A stretch of DNA of 64,000 nucleotides from Christensenellaceae bacterium. Lineage in GTDB: Bacteria; Bacillota; Clostridia; Christensenellales; Borkfalkiaceae. Shown here piece after piece: positions 44,948 to 53,028 of this stretch. Where the stretch lies: positions 89,532 through 153,531 of the forward strand of contig CAPPAP010000003.1 in the NCBI GenBank assembly GCA_948677005.1, read 5' to 3'. The stretch's first letter is position 1. The number at the start of each line of letters is the position of its first letter. Made by a program: the position numbers and the translations under genes. A model generated the notes under the pieces. The model saw nothing but the letters and a program-made list of their open reading frames with translations, was not told the DNA's origin and did not search any database.

Positions 44948-47497
44948 TTATACGGTTATGTCCCATACGTCCGCATAAGTAACCTTACCGTTCACCTTCC
45001 CGAAAATCACCTCAAGCTTGTTGTAATTTGCCGCCTCCGCCTCTGTCAGCACTCTGCCGACCGTCAAAGCCGTCACCGCTCCGTCGCCCGTGTTGTTATA
45101 TTCGGTAAACTGCGCGGTTTTCGGGTCGCCGTTGCCCATGCTCACATACCTTCCGCCCGCGTTTGTCGATGCGTTTTTGGAGATATGTCCGCCCAGACGG
45201 CAATTCATTACCATAACGGCCGCGTCCGCGCCCCAGGCTCTGCCAATCGCCGTCTTTCCGACGGGCACGCCCGCCTCTGCCGAAAAATCACAGTCGTCGA
45301 ATATAGCGCCGTAGGTCACCTTATCGGTTGCCGAGCCCTTGTTCAGCCCCTTAAACGCCGTCACATACCCGCCGTTGCTTCCGTTGGCAACAACCTTAAT
45401 CTCGCATTGATAGAAGTAAGTCGTATTATTCGTTCCGAAAATGAAGTCAACCGAGCCGGAAATAAGGCAGTTTTTAAAAATCTGTCGGCCCGTAAACAGC
45501 TCCAAGGTATCCTGAAAGCCCAGCAGTGCGCTGTCCTCTATAACAACCTTGTCTGCCTGAATCAGCATCGCAAGCGCGCGCTTGTCGTTGCTCGCCGCGC
45601 CGTTGTACGAGGCCAAGGTGTTGTATTTGTTGGAAACGGTCACCCCGCGCATTTCAAAGCCGACAGCCGTATCCCTCACGTTCAGCGTCGCTGTCGAATC
45701 GGTCGTATGCACAAATCCGCCCTCGTCCGCCACGCCGTAAAGCGAGTCGTACTCTATTTTCGTCCTGTCTTGTCCCGCGCCTATTAACGTCACGTTAGGC
45801 ACGGTAATTTCAAGCTTTTCCCAATAGGTTCCCTCGGCAATATAAACCTTCTTCTCCGCGCCGTCCTTTATGCCCGCGCCGTTCAAAAAGTCCACAGCCT
45901 GCTGAATTGTCTTAAAGCGGTACGCTCCCGCGGAATTTTTAGTACCGATTGTCGCGGTAGAAAATTCGGGGTTAACCGCAACAATCACCTCGTCTGCGGT
46001 CGCAAGCTCCGCACCCTTTTCCGCAACGTAAATATTAAAGCCCTTCGCCTTCGTCAGCCCGTTAGCGGTGTATGCAACCTTTACAGCCTTCTTGCCGGTT
46101 GTCGCAGTGCTGTTTCCGGTAATTTCCGCCTGTGCTTCGTCAAGGCTGAAAACCTTCGTCTTATCGCCAAGCTTCCCCGTCGCCTTTATCGAAAGTCCGT
46201 CCGCGGAAAAGGCTCCGTCCTTGAAATAGAACTGCCTTACCGCGTGGTTTGCGTAAACGCCGTTGCCCGCCGCCGAGTTTTTGTTTTCCTTAACAACCCT
46301 GTTAAAGCCGACGGTCAAGTCCTCGAAGGAGTAAACGTTAACGTTGTATTTTGTCGTGAAGGTCGTTTCCGCACTGCCGAGATTCCCGTCGACGGTGTAG
46401 GTTACGCCTATCTCATATGTTCCGGGCGTCATCGCGTCGTACTTCGAGGTGTCAAGCACAAGCTTTTCCGCCTTCACGGGCGAAATTCTCCCCGTCTCCG
46501 CATGCGTCGCGGTTACGGCAATGCCCGTGCAGTCAAGCTGCTGTCCCACAATATAATCCACCGTGCCCGTGTTCGCCATATTAATCGCGTTTATAGGCGT
46601 GTTGGAAACGGTATTCGTAAATTTCGCGTAAAATATATCAGAGGTTCCGCTCTTACGCTTAATCGTGTACGTGCCCGCAGTCGCAAGCTGCAACGTCACC
46701 CTTTCTATGTTACTGCTGCCGCCCATAGCCTGATAATTTATATCCTGAGTGCTCCCGTCCGGCTTTGTAAGCACAACGGTCTGCATGGCGGGCGCCTCGG
46801 CAGAGCCAACCCCTCCGGAGCCGTTCTGCACGTAAAACATCAGCGTACCCGCGGCGGAAATTTTCACCGTAAGCGCCGACGAGCTGTCACCCAGCTTAAC
46901 CGAGTTAACAGTCACATAAGCGGGGTCAACGCAAACGCCGTTCTCGTAAAGCCCCGTTTTAATTCTTCCGCGAACCTCCGTGCCCGCCGCTATCGAAAAC
47001 ACGCCGTCCGTCCAGCCGTCGGCATATTTGGTTGTGGAAAGCTTAGCCGCGTCAAATTCGTAAGCGGTTTCTATGTTGCCCTCCTCCAACGCCTCGCCGT
47101 TGCCTGTGTTCGCAATAACCTTCGGCGCGGGAACAGCCTCCGCAACGCCCTGCTCGTCGTCGTATACCGCAACCGAGGGGTTGTCGTTCACGTCGTCCGC
47201 GTCGGGCTTGACGTAATCCTTATGCGTCAGCTCGGGCTTCGGGTCGGGCTTTTCCTCACCCTTTACGTAATGGCAAACGTCGCACTCGCTGTCGCCGCCC
47301 CATACGTGCTCTCCGTATGCGCTTTTCTCGTCTGTGTGTTCGCAGGTCGCCGCGTGCCAGTGGTGCGTCGCACTCTTCTCCCACTGTTCGTCAAAGGTGT
47401 GCTTGTGCGCGCACCCCGCAGTGCCCAAACCCGCCGCTACAGAAACGGCGCTCAGCGTAATCGCGGCAACCGCCTTCATAAGCCTTGAATTTTTCAT
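44948..47497 (-). CDS. surface lipoprotein: His/Cys-rich N-terminal module, beta-sandwich and Ig-like modules, and a C-terminal CE8 pectin methylesterase
   Basis: Start chosen at MKNSRLMKAV after GGGAGGAAG. Lipobox TAGC, then AHKHTFDEQWEKSATHHWHAATC...CDVC. CE8 motifs are TIQQAVD, GFQDTLE, GSVDFIFG and IGRAWG. Confidence 0.85.
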   Translation of the reverse strand: MKNSRLMKAVAAITLSAVSVAAGLGTAGCAHKHTFDEQWEKSATHHWHAATCEHTDEKSAYGEHVWGGDSECDVCHYVKGEEKPDPKPELTHKDYVKPDADDVNDNPSVAVYDDEQGVAEAVPAPKVIANTGNGEALEEGNIETAYEFDAAKLSTTKYADGWTDGVFSIAAGTEVRGRIKTGLYENGVCVDPAYVTVNSVKLGDSSSALTVKISAAGTLMFYVQNGSGGVGSAEAPAMQTVVLTKPDGSTQDINYQAMGGSSNIERVTLQLATAGTYTIKRKSGTSDIFYAKFTNTVSNTPINAINMANTGTVDYIVGQQLDCTGIAVTATHAETGRISPVKAEKLVLDTSKYDAMTPGTYEIGVTYTVDGNLGSAETTFTTKYNVNVYSFEDLTVGFNRVVKENKNSAAGNGVYANHAVRQFYFKDGAFSADGLSIKATGKLGDKTKVFSLDEAQAEITGNSTATTGKKAVKVAYTANGLTKAKGFNIYVAEKGAELATADEVIVAVNPEFSTATIGTKNSAGAYRFKTIQQAVDFLNGAGIKDGAEKKVYIAEGTYWEKLEITVPNVTLIGAGQDRTKIEYDSLYGVADEGGFVHTTDSTATLNVRDTAVGFEMRGVTVSNKYNTLASYNGAASNDKRALAMLIQADKVVIEDSALLGFQDTLELFTGRQIFKNCLISGSVDFIFGTNNTTYFYQCEIKVVANGSNGGYVTAFKGLNKGSATDKVTYGAIFDDCDFSAEAGVPVGKTAIGRAWGADAAVMVMNCRLGGHISKNASTNAGGRYVSMGNGDPKTAQFTEYNNTGDGAVTALTVGRVLTEAEAANYNKLEVIFGKVNGKVTYADVWDITV

Positions 47498-47526
47498 TCT
47501 TCCTCCCAAAAACTAATTTAAATATC

Positions 47527-47553
47527 TGCCGCGGACGCTTTGCGCCCGCGGCA
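47527..47553 (-). terminator. hairpin between the two tandem lipoprotein genes (probably a partial terminator)
   Basis: TGCCGCGG...CCGCGGCA stem. I found no convincing promoter between it and the downstream start at 47497. Confidence 0.5.
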
Positions 47554-47591
47554 AGAAAAGTATTCAAGCTTTATTCACATTAATTTTTTAA

Positions 47592-49385
47592 TTAAACCTG
47601 CGCAGGAACAATTACGGCACGGTAAAGCGCCATTTCAGAGTTGGCGCCTCTCGAAATGCGGTAAGTCCCCGCCGCGCCAAACTCAATTACAACCTTATAA
47701 ACGCTTCCATCGGCAACAGCCCCGCCGCTCGTTGTAGTTGCGCCTGCTACGCCACCGGTTACAACAGCCCATTTCAAGGCTTGATTTCCGCTGACATAGA
47801 ATGTAACGGTACCCGCCTCAGCAAGCACAATATCAACATAACCGGAGGAATTCAATTTAACACCGCTGGCAAAGTTTTTACCATCGACAACACCCGCAGT
47901 TGACTTATATCCGCTTCCGCTTACAGCCCAACCGTTTGTGCTGTATCCGTCCAAGCTCTCAATTTTTCCGTCAAAATCAATGGTATACGATGTTTTAAGC
48001 GCGTCCGCCTCAACCTTAGTGGTTTCAAAGGTTACAGTCAGCTTTGTTGTTGCGTCTTCGTAGGTATAAATATAATTACCTTCCTGTGCGTTTTCCGCAG
48101 TACGAGTATAGCTTCTGTCACCAAGCAAAGGCAATACGATATCCTGCACGTGTCCGCAACTTCTTGTGCATGTCGCGGTAAACTTGCCCGTTGCTTCAGC
48201 CGTAGGCAGACTTACCTGCACGGGAGTAACATCCGTGTAATCATGACCAAGCGCATTAATTACAATATCCGCCTTCTTATAAACTAACGTAGTACCGTCC
48301 TCTTTATAGAACCTGCCGTAATTTGTCTTGTAATGCTTGGGATTTCCCGCATTTACACAATCAGCGACTTTTGCAGCTACTTCCGTGCTTGTTTCTTCAA
48401 AATTCTTATAAACTACCGCAATATAGAACGCTCCCGCCTTACCGGTAGAACTGTAAGCATAATAATCACCGGCCGCCGATACGTCAAACATAGCAACGCC
48501 TACAAAATTCCCCTCGGGCACGCCCAAGTTCTGCTCTGTCCCGACAGCGTTTGCCGAGCTGTCTATCATTGACAGTTTCGCCTCTGCCCCGCCGGAAGTG
48601 GAATGTGCGTAAATTATAATTTTAGCCGCCGCCTTGGTTGTAATTTTCAAGCCCTTATTTATTGCGCCGTCGTTAACGCTTCCCGCATCAAGATTTATAC
48701 GGTTCCTCGTTACAACTTCCGTGCCGTTATAAGTAATAACCTTTCCTCCGCTGGACGCAACCTTCAAGGTGCCTACCGAAGCAATGCCGGAGCCCGCGAT
48801 AAGTTCACCGGGGTCTCTCGCGTCATTAATAGCAACGTCGCCCAAATCAACAGTCACATTATCTTGCTCCACAGGCGGCGTAACCGTGCCGTCCTTGGTT
48901 ACTGTAACCGTGCAGGTATCCGTCTTGTTTCCGTCCGCGGTCTTAACGGTAATCACCGCCGTGCCCTCTGCAACCGCCGTAACCTTGCCGTTCTCAACCG
49001 TGGCAATGCTCGGCTTGTCGCTCGACCAGCTAACCGCCTTGTTCGTCGCGTCCGCAGGCGCAACCGTCGCGGTCAGCGTCTCGTTCGCGCCCTCTTTAAG
49101 GGTCAGCGTCTTTTTATTCAGCGTAACGCCCGTAACCGCAACCACGGACGAGCCCGAAGAGGTCCAATGACAAACCTTGCACTCGTTGCCCTCCATATCG
49201 TGCGGCGTTGTGTCGGAATGCTCGTCACAGCCCGTGCAAAGCTGATAATGCCCCGTTGCACCGTCCGCCTTGTAATCGCCCCAGCTGTGCTTGTGTCCGC
49301 AAGCCGTTAAAGAAACGCATCCCGCCGCCGCAACCGCGCCTACGGTAAGCGTGGCAATAGCCCTTAAAATTTTCTTGTTTTTCAT
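47592..49385 (-). CDS. surface lipoprotein: His/Cys-rich N-terminal module, Big_2 domain and beta-sandwich modules; function unknown
   Basis: Start chosen at MKNKKIL after GGAGG. Lipobox LTAC, then GHKHSWGDYKADGATGHYQLCTGC...CKVC. Big_2 is VTLNKKTLTLKEG...AVSWSSDKPSIATVENGKVTAVAEGTAVITV. Confidence 0.85.
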   Translation of the reverse strand: MKNKKILRAIATLTVGAVAAAGCVSLTACGHKHSWGDYKADGATGHYQLCTGCDEHSDTTPHDMEGNECKVCHWTSSGSSVVAVTGVTLNKKTLTLKEGANETLTATVAPADATNKAVSWSSDKPSIATVENGKVTAVAEGTAVITVKTADGNKTDTCTVTVTKDGTVTPPVEQDNVTVDLGDVAINDARDPGELIAGSGIASVGTLKVASSGGKVITYNGTEVVTRNRINLDAGSVNDGAINKGLKITTKAAAKIIIYAHSTSGGAEAKLSMIDSSANAVGTEQNLGVPEGNFVGVAMFDVSAAGDYYAYSSTGKAGAFYIAVVYKNFEETSTEVAAKVADCVNAGNPKHYKTNYGRFYKEDGTTLVYKKADIVINALGHDYTDVTPVQVSLPTAEATGKFTATCTRSCGHVQDIVLPLLGDRSYTRTAENAQEGNYIYTYEDATTKLTVTFETTKVEADALKTSYTIDFDGKIESLDGYSTNGWAVSGSGYKSTAGVVDGKNFASGVKLNSSGYVDIVLAEAGTVTFYVSGNQALKWAVVTGGVAGATTTSGGAVADGSVYKVVIEFGAAGTYRISRGANSEMALYRAVIVPAQV

Positions 49386-49518
49386 TTTTCCTCCAAAAAA
49401 ACATTTTTTACAGAGCAATTAAGAGTTTTTAAGAGAAATGCGTTATTTAGCATTTCTCTGCCGCGGATATAAAAAATATCCGCGCGGCTTAACCGCTACC
49501 ATATTTGTTACCTCATTA

Positions 49519-49547
49519 ATTATATAACTCCCTCCCCCAAATTTCAA
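49519..49547 (-). promoter_or_regulatory. promoter TTGAAA-17-TATAAT for the 47592-49385 lipoprotein gene
   Basis: Read on the minus strand. The leader then contains hairpins at 49459-49488 and 49431-49458. Confidence 0.55.
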
Positions 49548-49760
49548 GAACTTTTTTGAAATTTATTTACCTTTTTTTACAATTTTTTTCGTTTTTTGGT
49601 TAAATTTTGATTGACATTTGCAAAATTCCGCCTCGGACGCCTGCAAACCGCACTATCGACAACCCATCGCGGCTTGTAATTTTTACAGTTTTTTTTACAA
49701 AAATTGAAGGAATTTGCTAATCTTTACAACATTTCTGTAATAAATATTTTAAATAAACCT

Positions 49761-49789
49761 TTGACCTCCCGCCAAAGTTGTTATATAAT
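49761..49789 (+). promoter_or_regulatory. promoter TTGACC-17-TATAAT for nfeD-flotillin
   Basis: Read directly from the sequence, about 35 nt upstream of the AAGGAG RBS. Confidence 0.6.
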
Positions 49790-49825
49790 AAAACCACGGT
49801 TGCAATCCAAGGAGTAACAGTATAA

Positions 49826-50401
49826 ATGAAAGAATGGTTTTTAAATTTACAGTGGTTCGAGCACGTCTACCTCTGGCTCGGCGTAGTTTCCACGCTGTTT
49901 TTAATCGTGCAGATAATTTTAATGTGCGTGTCGTCCTTCGGCGGCGACGTCGACCTTGACGGCGACGGAGAAATCGACGTAGACGTAGATTCGGGCGTTT
50001 CAATCTTCACCACAAAAAGCATAACGGCCTTTTTCGCTGTCGGCAGCTGGACGGGACTTTTGGTCTGCTCGCTCGCCTCCGCAAAACTGCAATGGCTTTC
50101 CATAATAATCGCAATAATCGCCGGCGTAATCGCGGCGGGCGCAGTCGTTCTGTTAATGCGCGCTATCATGAAGCTGCAATCCAACGGCATACTGCAAACG
50201 GAAAAGCTCGTCGGCAAACGCGCCGTCGTCTACGTTGCAATTCCCGCAGAGCGCGGCGGCAGGGGCAAAATCACCCTTGACGCGCAGGGCAAATTTATGG
50301 AGCTCGACGCCGTAACCGAGGAAAGCGAAAAGCTCGTCTGCGACACCGCGGTCGAGATAACCGCCACCGAGGGCGAGTGCGCAGTGGTCAAAAGGGTATA
50401 A
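49826..50401 (+). CDS. NfeD-family membrane protein
   Basis: N-terminal TM segments, an acidic loop and a C-terminal OB-like beta domain (GKRAVVYVAIP...GKITLD...). Located immediately upstream of a flotillin gene. Confidence 0.75.
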   Translation: MKEWFLNLQWFEHVYLWLGVVSTLFLIVQIILMCVSSFGGDVDLDGDGEIDVDVDSGVSIFTTKSITAFFAVGSWTGLLVCSLASAKLQWLSIIIAIIAGVIAAGAVVLLMRAIMKLQSNGILQTEKLVGKRAVVYVAIPAERGGRGKITLDAQGKFMELDAVTEESEKLVCDTAVEITATEGECAVVKRV

Positions 50402-50472
50402 CCCGCACCTCCCGCGCATACCTATGCGCCAACAAAACAAAAAATCAATAAATATATAAAGGAGCAAAAAAG

Positions 50473-51951
50473 ATGTTCAATTTACTCGCAATGGAGGGCG
50501 CGGCTCTCACCATAACCGTAATAGTAATCGTGGTTGTGGTGCTTGTAGCGTTTTCCCTGTTGCTTATGGTACTCACAAGGTACAAAAAATGCCCTTCCGA
50601 CAAGGTCATGGTCATTTACGGTAAAATTTCCCGTAACAAAGACGGCACTGCCCGCAGCGCAAAGTGTATCCACGGCGGCGCGGCGTTCATCGTCCCGCTC
50701 GTGCAGTCCTACACCTTCCTCGATTTGACCCCGCTTTCGATAGCCGTTGACCTTAAAAACGCGCTTTCCAAGCAGAATATCCGTATCGACGTCCCCTCGG
50801 TATTCACGGTAGGCATTTCCACCGACCCCGCAATCATGCAGAACGCGGCGGAGCGCCTCCTCGGCTTACAGCTCAAACAAATATCCGAGCTTGCTAAGGA
50901 CGTAATCTTCGGTCAGCTCCGTTTAGTTATCGCAACAATGGAAATCGAAGAAATCAACACCGACCGCGACAAATTCCTCGAAGCGATTTCGCGCAACGTC
51001 GAGGGCGAGCTTAAAAAGCTCGGCTTAAAGCTTATCAACGTAAACATGACCGACATCTCGGACGAAAGCGGCTACATAGTCGCGCTCGGTAAGGAAGCGG
51101 CGGCAAAGGCAATCAACGACGCAAAAATTTCCGTCGCGGAAGAAAACCGCAAGGGCGCAATAGGCGAGGCTAACGCGCAAATGCAGCAGCGTATCAACGT
51201 TGCCGAGGCGGAGAGCCGCGCAATCGAGGGCGAAAACAAGGCAAAGGCAGACATCGCCGCGTCCCGCGCACTTTTAAGACAGCGCGAGGCAGAGGCTATG
51301 AAGCTTGCCGTATCCGCGGAAAACGTTCAGGCGGCGCAGGCAAGAGAACAAAGCTATGCGGCTGAACAGCAGGCGGAAATTGCGCGTGCTTCGAGAGAGC
51401 GCGCCACGCAGGAAGCGGACGTAATCGTTGCCAGCGAAATAGAAAAACGCAGAATAGAAATCGAAGCCGACGCAGAAGCGGAAAGAATCCGCCGCCATGC
51501 CCGCGGTGAGGCGGACGCTATATTTGCAAAACGCGAGGCGGAAGCGCGCGGCGTTCTGGAAACGCTTTCAAAACAAGCCGAAGGTATGCAAAAGCTCGTT
51601 GCCGCGGCAGGCAGCGCGGACGAAGCTGTGCGCCTGCTTATTGCCGACAAGCTCGAAGAGCTGGTGGCAACTCAGGTCGAGGCTATCAAAAACCTCAAAA
51701 TCGACAAAATCACCGTCTGGGACGGAGGTTCGGCAGGCGCGGACGGTAAAACCACCACCGCAAACTTCCTTTCGGGAATGCTTAAATCCCTTCCCCCTCT
51801 CAACGATTTGTACGCAATGGCGGGTTTGAAAATGCCCGAAATCGTAGCCCCTACCGAGCTTAACGGAACAGCTGTTCCCGCAGAGGTCGCACCTCTCGCA
51901 GAGGTCGCACCTCCCGCAGAGAAAAGCGCACCCAAAAAGAAAAAAGCATAA
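50473..51951 (+). CDS. floT: flotillin-like SPFH/band-7 protein (FloT/YuaG type)
   Basis: N-terminal TM and an SPFH domain. A long Ala/Glu-rich coiled-coil follows (AEAE...EAERIRR...). Paired with NfeD. Confidence 0.85.
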   Translation: MFNLLAMEGAALTITVIVIVVVVLVAFSLLLMVLTRYKKCPSDKVMVIYGKISRNKDGTARSAKCIHGGAAFIVPLVQSYTFLDLTPLSIAVDLKNALSKQNIRIDVPSVFTVGISTDPAIMQNAAERLLGLQLKQISELAKDVIFGQLRLVIATMEIEEINTDRDKFLEAISRNVEGELKKLGLKLINVNMTDISDESGYIVALGKEAAAKAINDAKISVAEENRKGAIGEANAQMQQRINVAEAESRAIEGENKAKADIAASRALLRQREAEAMKLAVSAENVQAAQAREQSYAAEQQAEIARASRERATQEADVIVASEIEKRRIEIEADAEAERIRRHARGEADAIFAKREAEARGVLETLSKQAEGMQKLVAAAGSADEAVRLLIADKLEELVATQVEAIKNLKIDKITVWDGGSAGADGKTTTANFLSGMLKSLPPLNDLYAMAGLKMPEIVAPTELNGTAVPAEVAPLAEVAPPAEKSAPKKKKA

Positions 51952-51973
51952 CATAATGTAAAAAGCATAAAAA

Positions 51974-52003
51974 GCCGCCCGCGGTCAACCGACCGCGGGC
52001 GGC
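51974..52003. terminator. bidirectional terminator
   Basis: GCCGCCCGCGGTC-aacc-GACCGCGGGCGGC, flanked by A-rich sequence upstream and T-rich sequence downstream. Confidence 0.8.
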
Positions 52004-52037
52004 TTACTTTATTCAATTCCGCTTATGTATTCAATAC

Positions 52038-52907
52038 TCACTTTTTCACGGTAACAAGCTTTACAAGCCCCGCCTCTATAAGCTGCTCGGTTGTCTGCAA
52101 CGCATATTCCGACTTATCGGTAACGTGCGCCTTGCCCGCCTCCAAGCCAAGCGCTTCTGCGGACATCGCCACAAGCTCCAACGCCTGTCTTGCGTGCACG
52201 TCCTTCTTTATGCGGAATAATGCCGGCGTCGCCGCATGCACGGGCTTGTCGGAAACGTCCTCAACCTCGATATTCTTCACCTCGCCGACGTTTAAGGGAA
52301 AGTAAACGCACAGCGTCCTTCCGCGTATCGCAAGCTTAACGAACAACGCTCTGCCCTTGTAAATCTTCTCCTGCCGCCATGCAGACGAGCTGCGCGTACC
52401 CTTGTAGGACAGCGCCGCGTCCTTAATCATTGCATACCACTCCTTTACGGTATCACTCGACTGAATAAGCCTCGCCGTAAAGCTTCTGTTATATCTTTGA
52501 TTATTTTCAAGCTTCGGCGCAGAGGAAATTGCGGCAAGCCTTGCCTCTCTCTCCTCTTCGGACTCGTTGTCCTCAACGTCGTCCTCTTCCTCCTCAACGT
52601 CCTCCTCGGCAACGGCGCACGCCACAGCCTCCTCGCCGCCGTCATTCTTTTCCGGCTTACCTTCCTCGGCAACAGCCTCCGCCGCCTCAGGCTCCCCGAC
52701 CTGCACCGCCTCAACAGTCACAGGGCAAGCCTCAGCATCCTCGACCGCCGCAGCCTCAACAGCCTCGGGCGTTTCCGCCTTGTTTTTAATCGCGGGCAGA
52801 ATGCAAGCCAAAAGCACAATTCCGAACACAGCCGCAGCCACCACCAGCCCGATAGCAAGCCCCGCCGCAACGGAGGCTGTCGTATCAACGGCAAGCAAAA
52901 CGTTCAT
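52038..52907 (-). CDS. membrane-anchored protein with an acidic linker and a conserved-looking C-terminal domain; function unknown
   Basis: Start chosen at MNVLLAV after GGAGG. One TM segment, then an Ala/Glu/Asp-rich linker. The ~150-aa C-terminal domain (NQRYNRSFTARLIQS...) is not one I recognise. Confidence 0.7.
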   Translation of the reverse strand: MNVLLAVDTTASVAAGLAIGLVVAAAVFGIVLLACILPAIKNKAETPEAVEAAAVEDAEACPVTVEAVQVGEPEAAEAVAEEGKPEKNDGGEEAVACAVAEEDVEEEEDDVEDNESEEEREARLAAISSAPKLENNQRYNRSFTARLIQSSDTVKEWYAMIKDAALSYKGTRSSSAWRQEKIYKGRALFVKLAIRGRTLCVYFPLNVGEVKNIEVEDVSDKPVHAATPALFRIKKDVHARQALELVAMSAEALGLEAGKAHVTDKSEYALQTTEQLIEAGLVKLVTVKK

Positions 52908-52940
52908 TTTTTCCTCCAAATCCATAGACTTTCGGTTTTT

Positions 52941-52968
52941 ATTATATCACAAACCGCGCAGTTGTCAA
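52941..52968 (-). promoter_or_regulatory. promoter TTGACA-16-TATAAT for the 52038-52907 gene
   Basis: Read on the minus strand. The -35 hexamer overlaps copy 1 of a 23-bp direct repeat. Confidence 0.55.
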
Positions 52969-53028
52969 CGCCGAATTAAAATTTCAGCCCACCAACGCAG
53001 CCCGCCGAAACAGCAAACCAACGCCGAA

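Noticed and set aside
47500-47520. CCCAAAAACTAA upstream of the pectinesterase gene, resembling the left half of the 14843-14866 dyad
   Set aside because: It is a single half-site with no dyad partner, and it overlaps the RBS complement (GGGAGG). It is probably coincidental.
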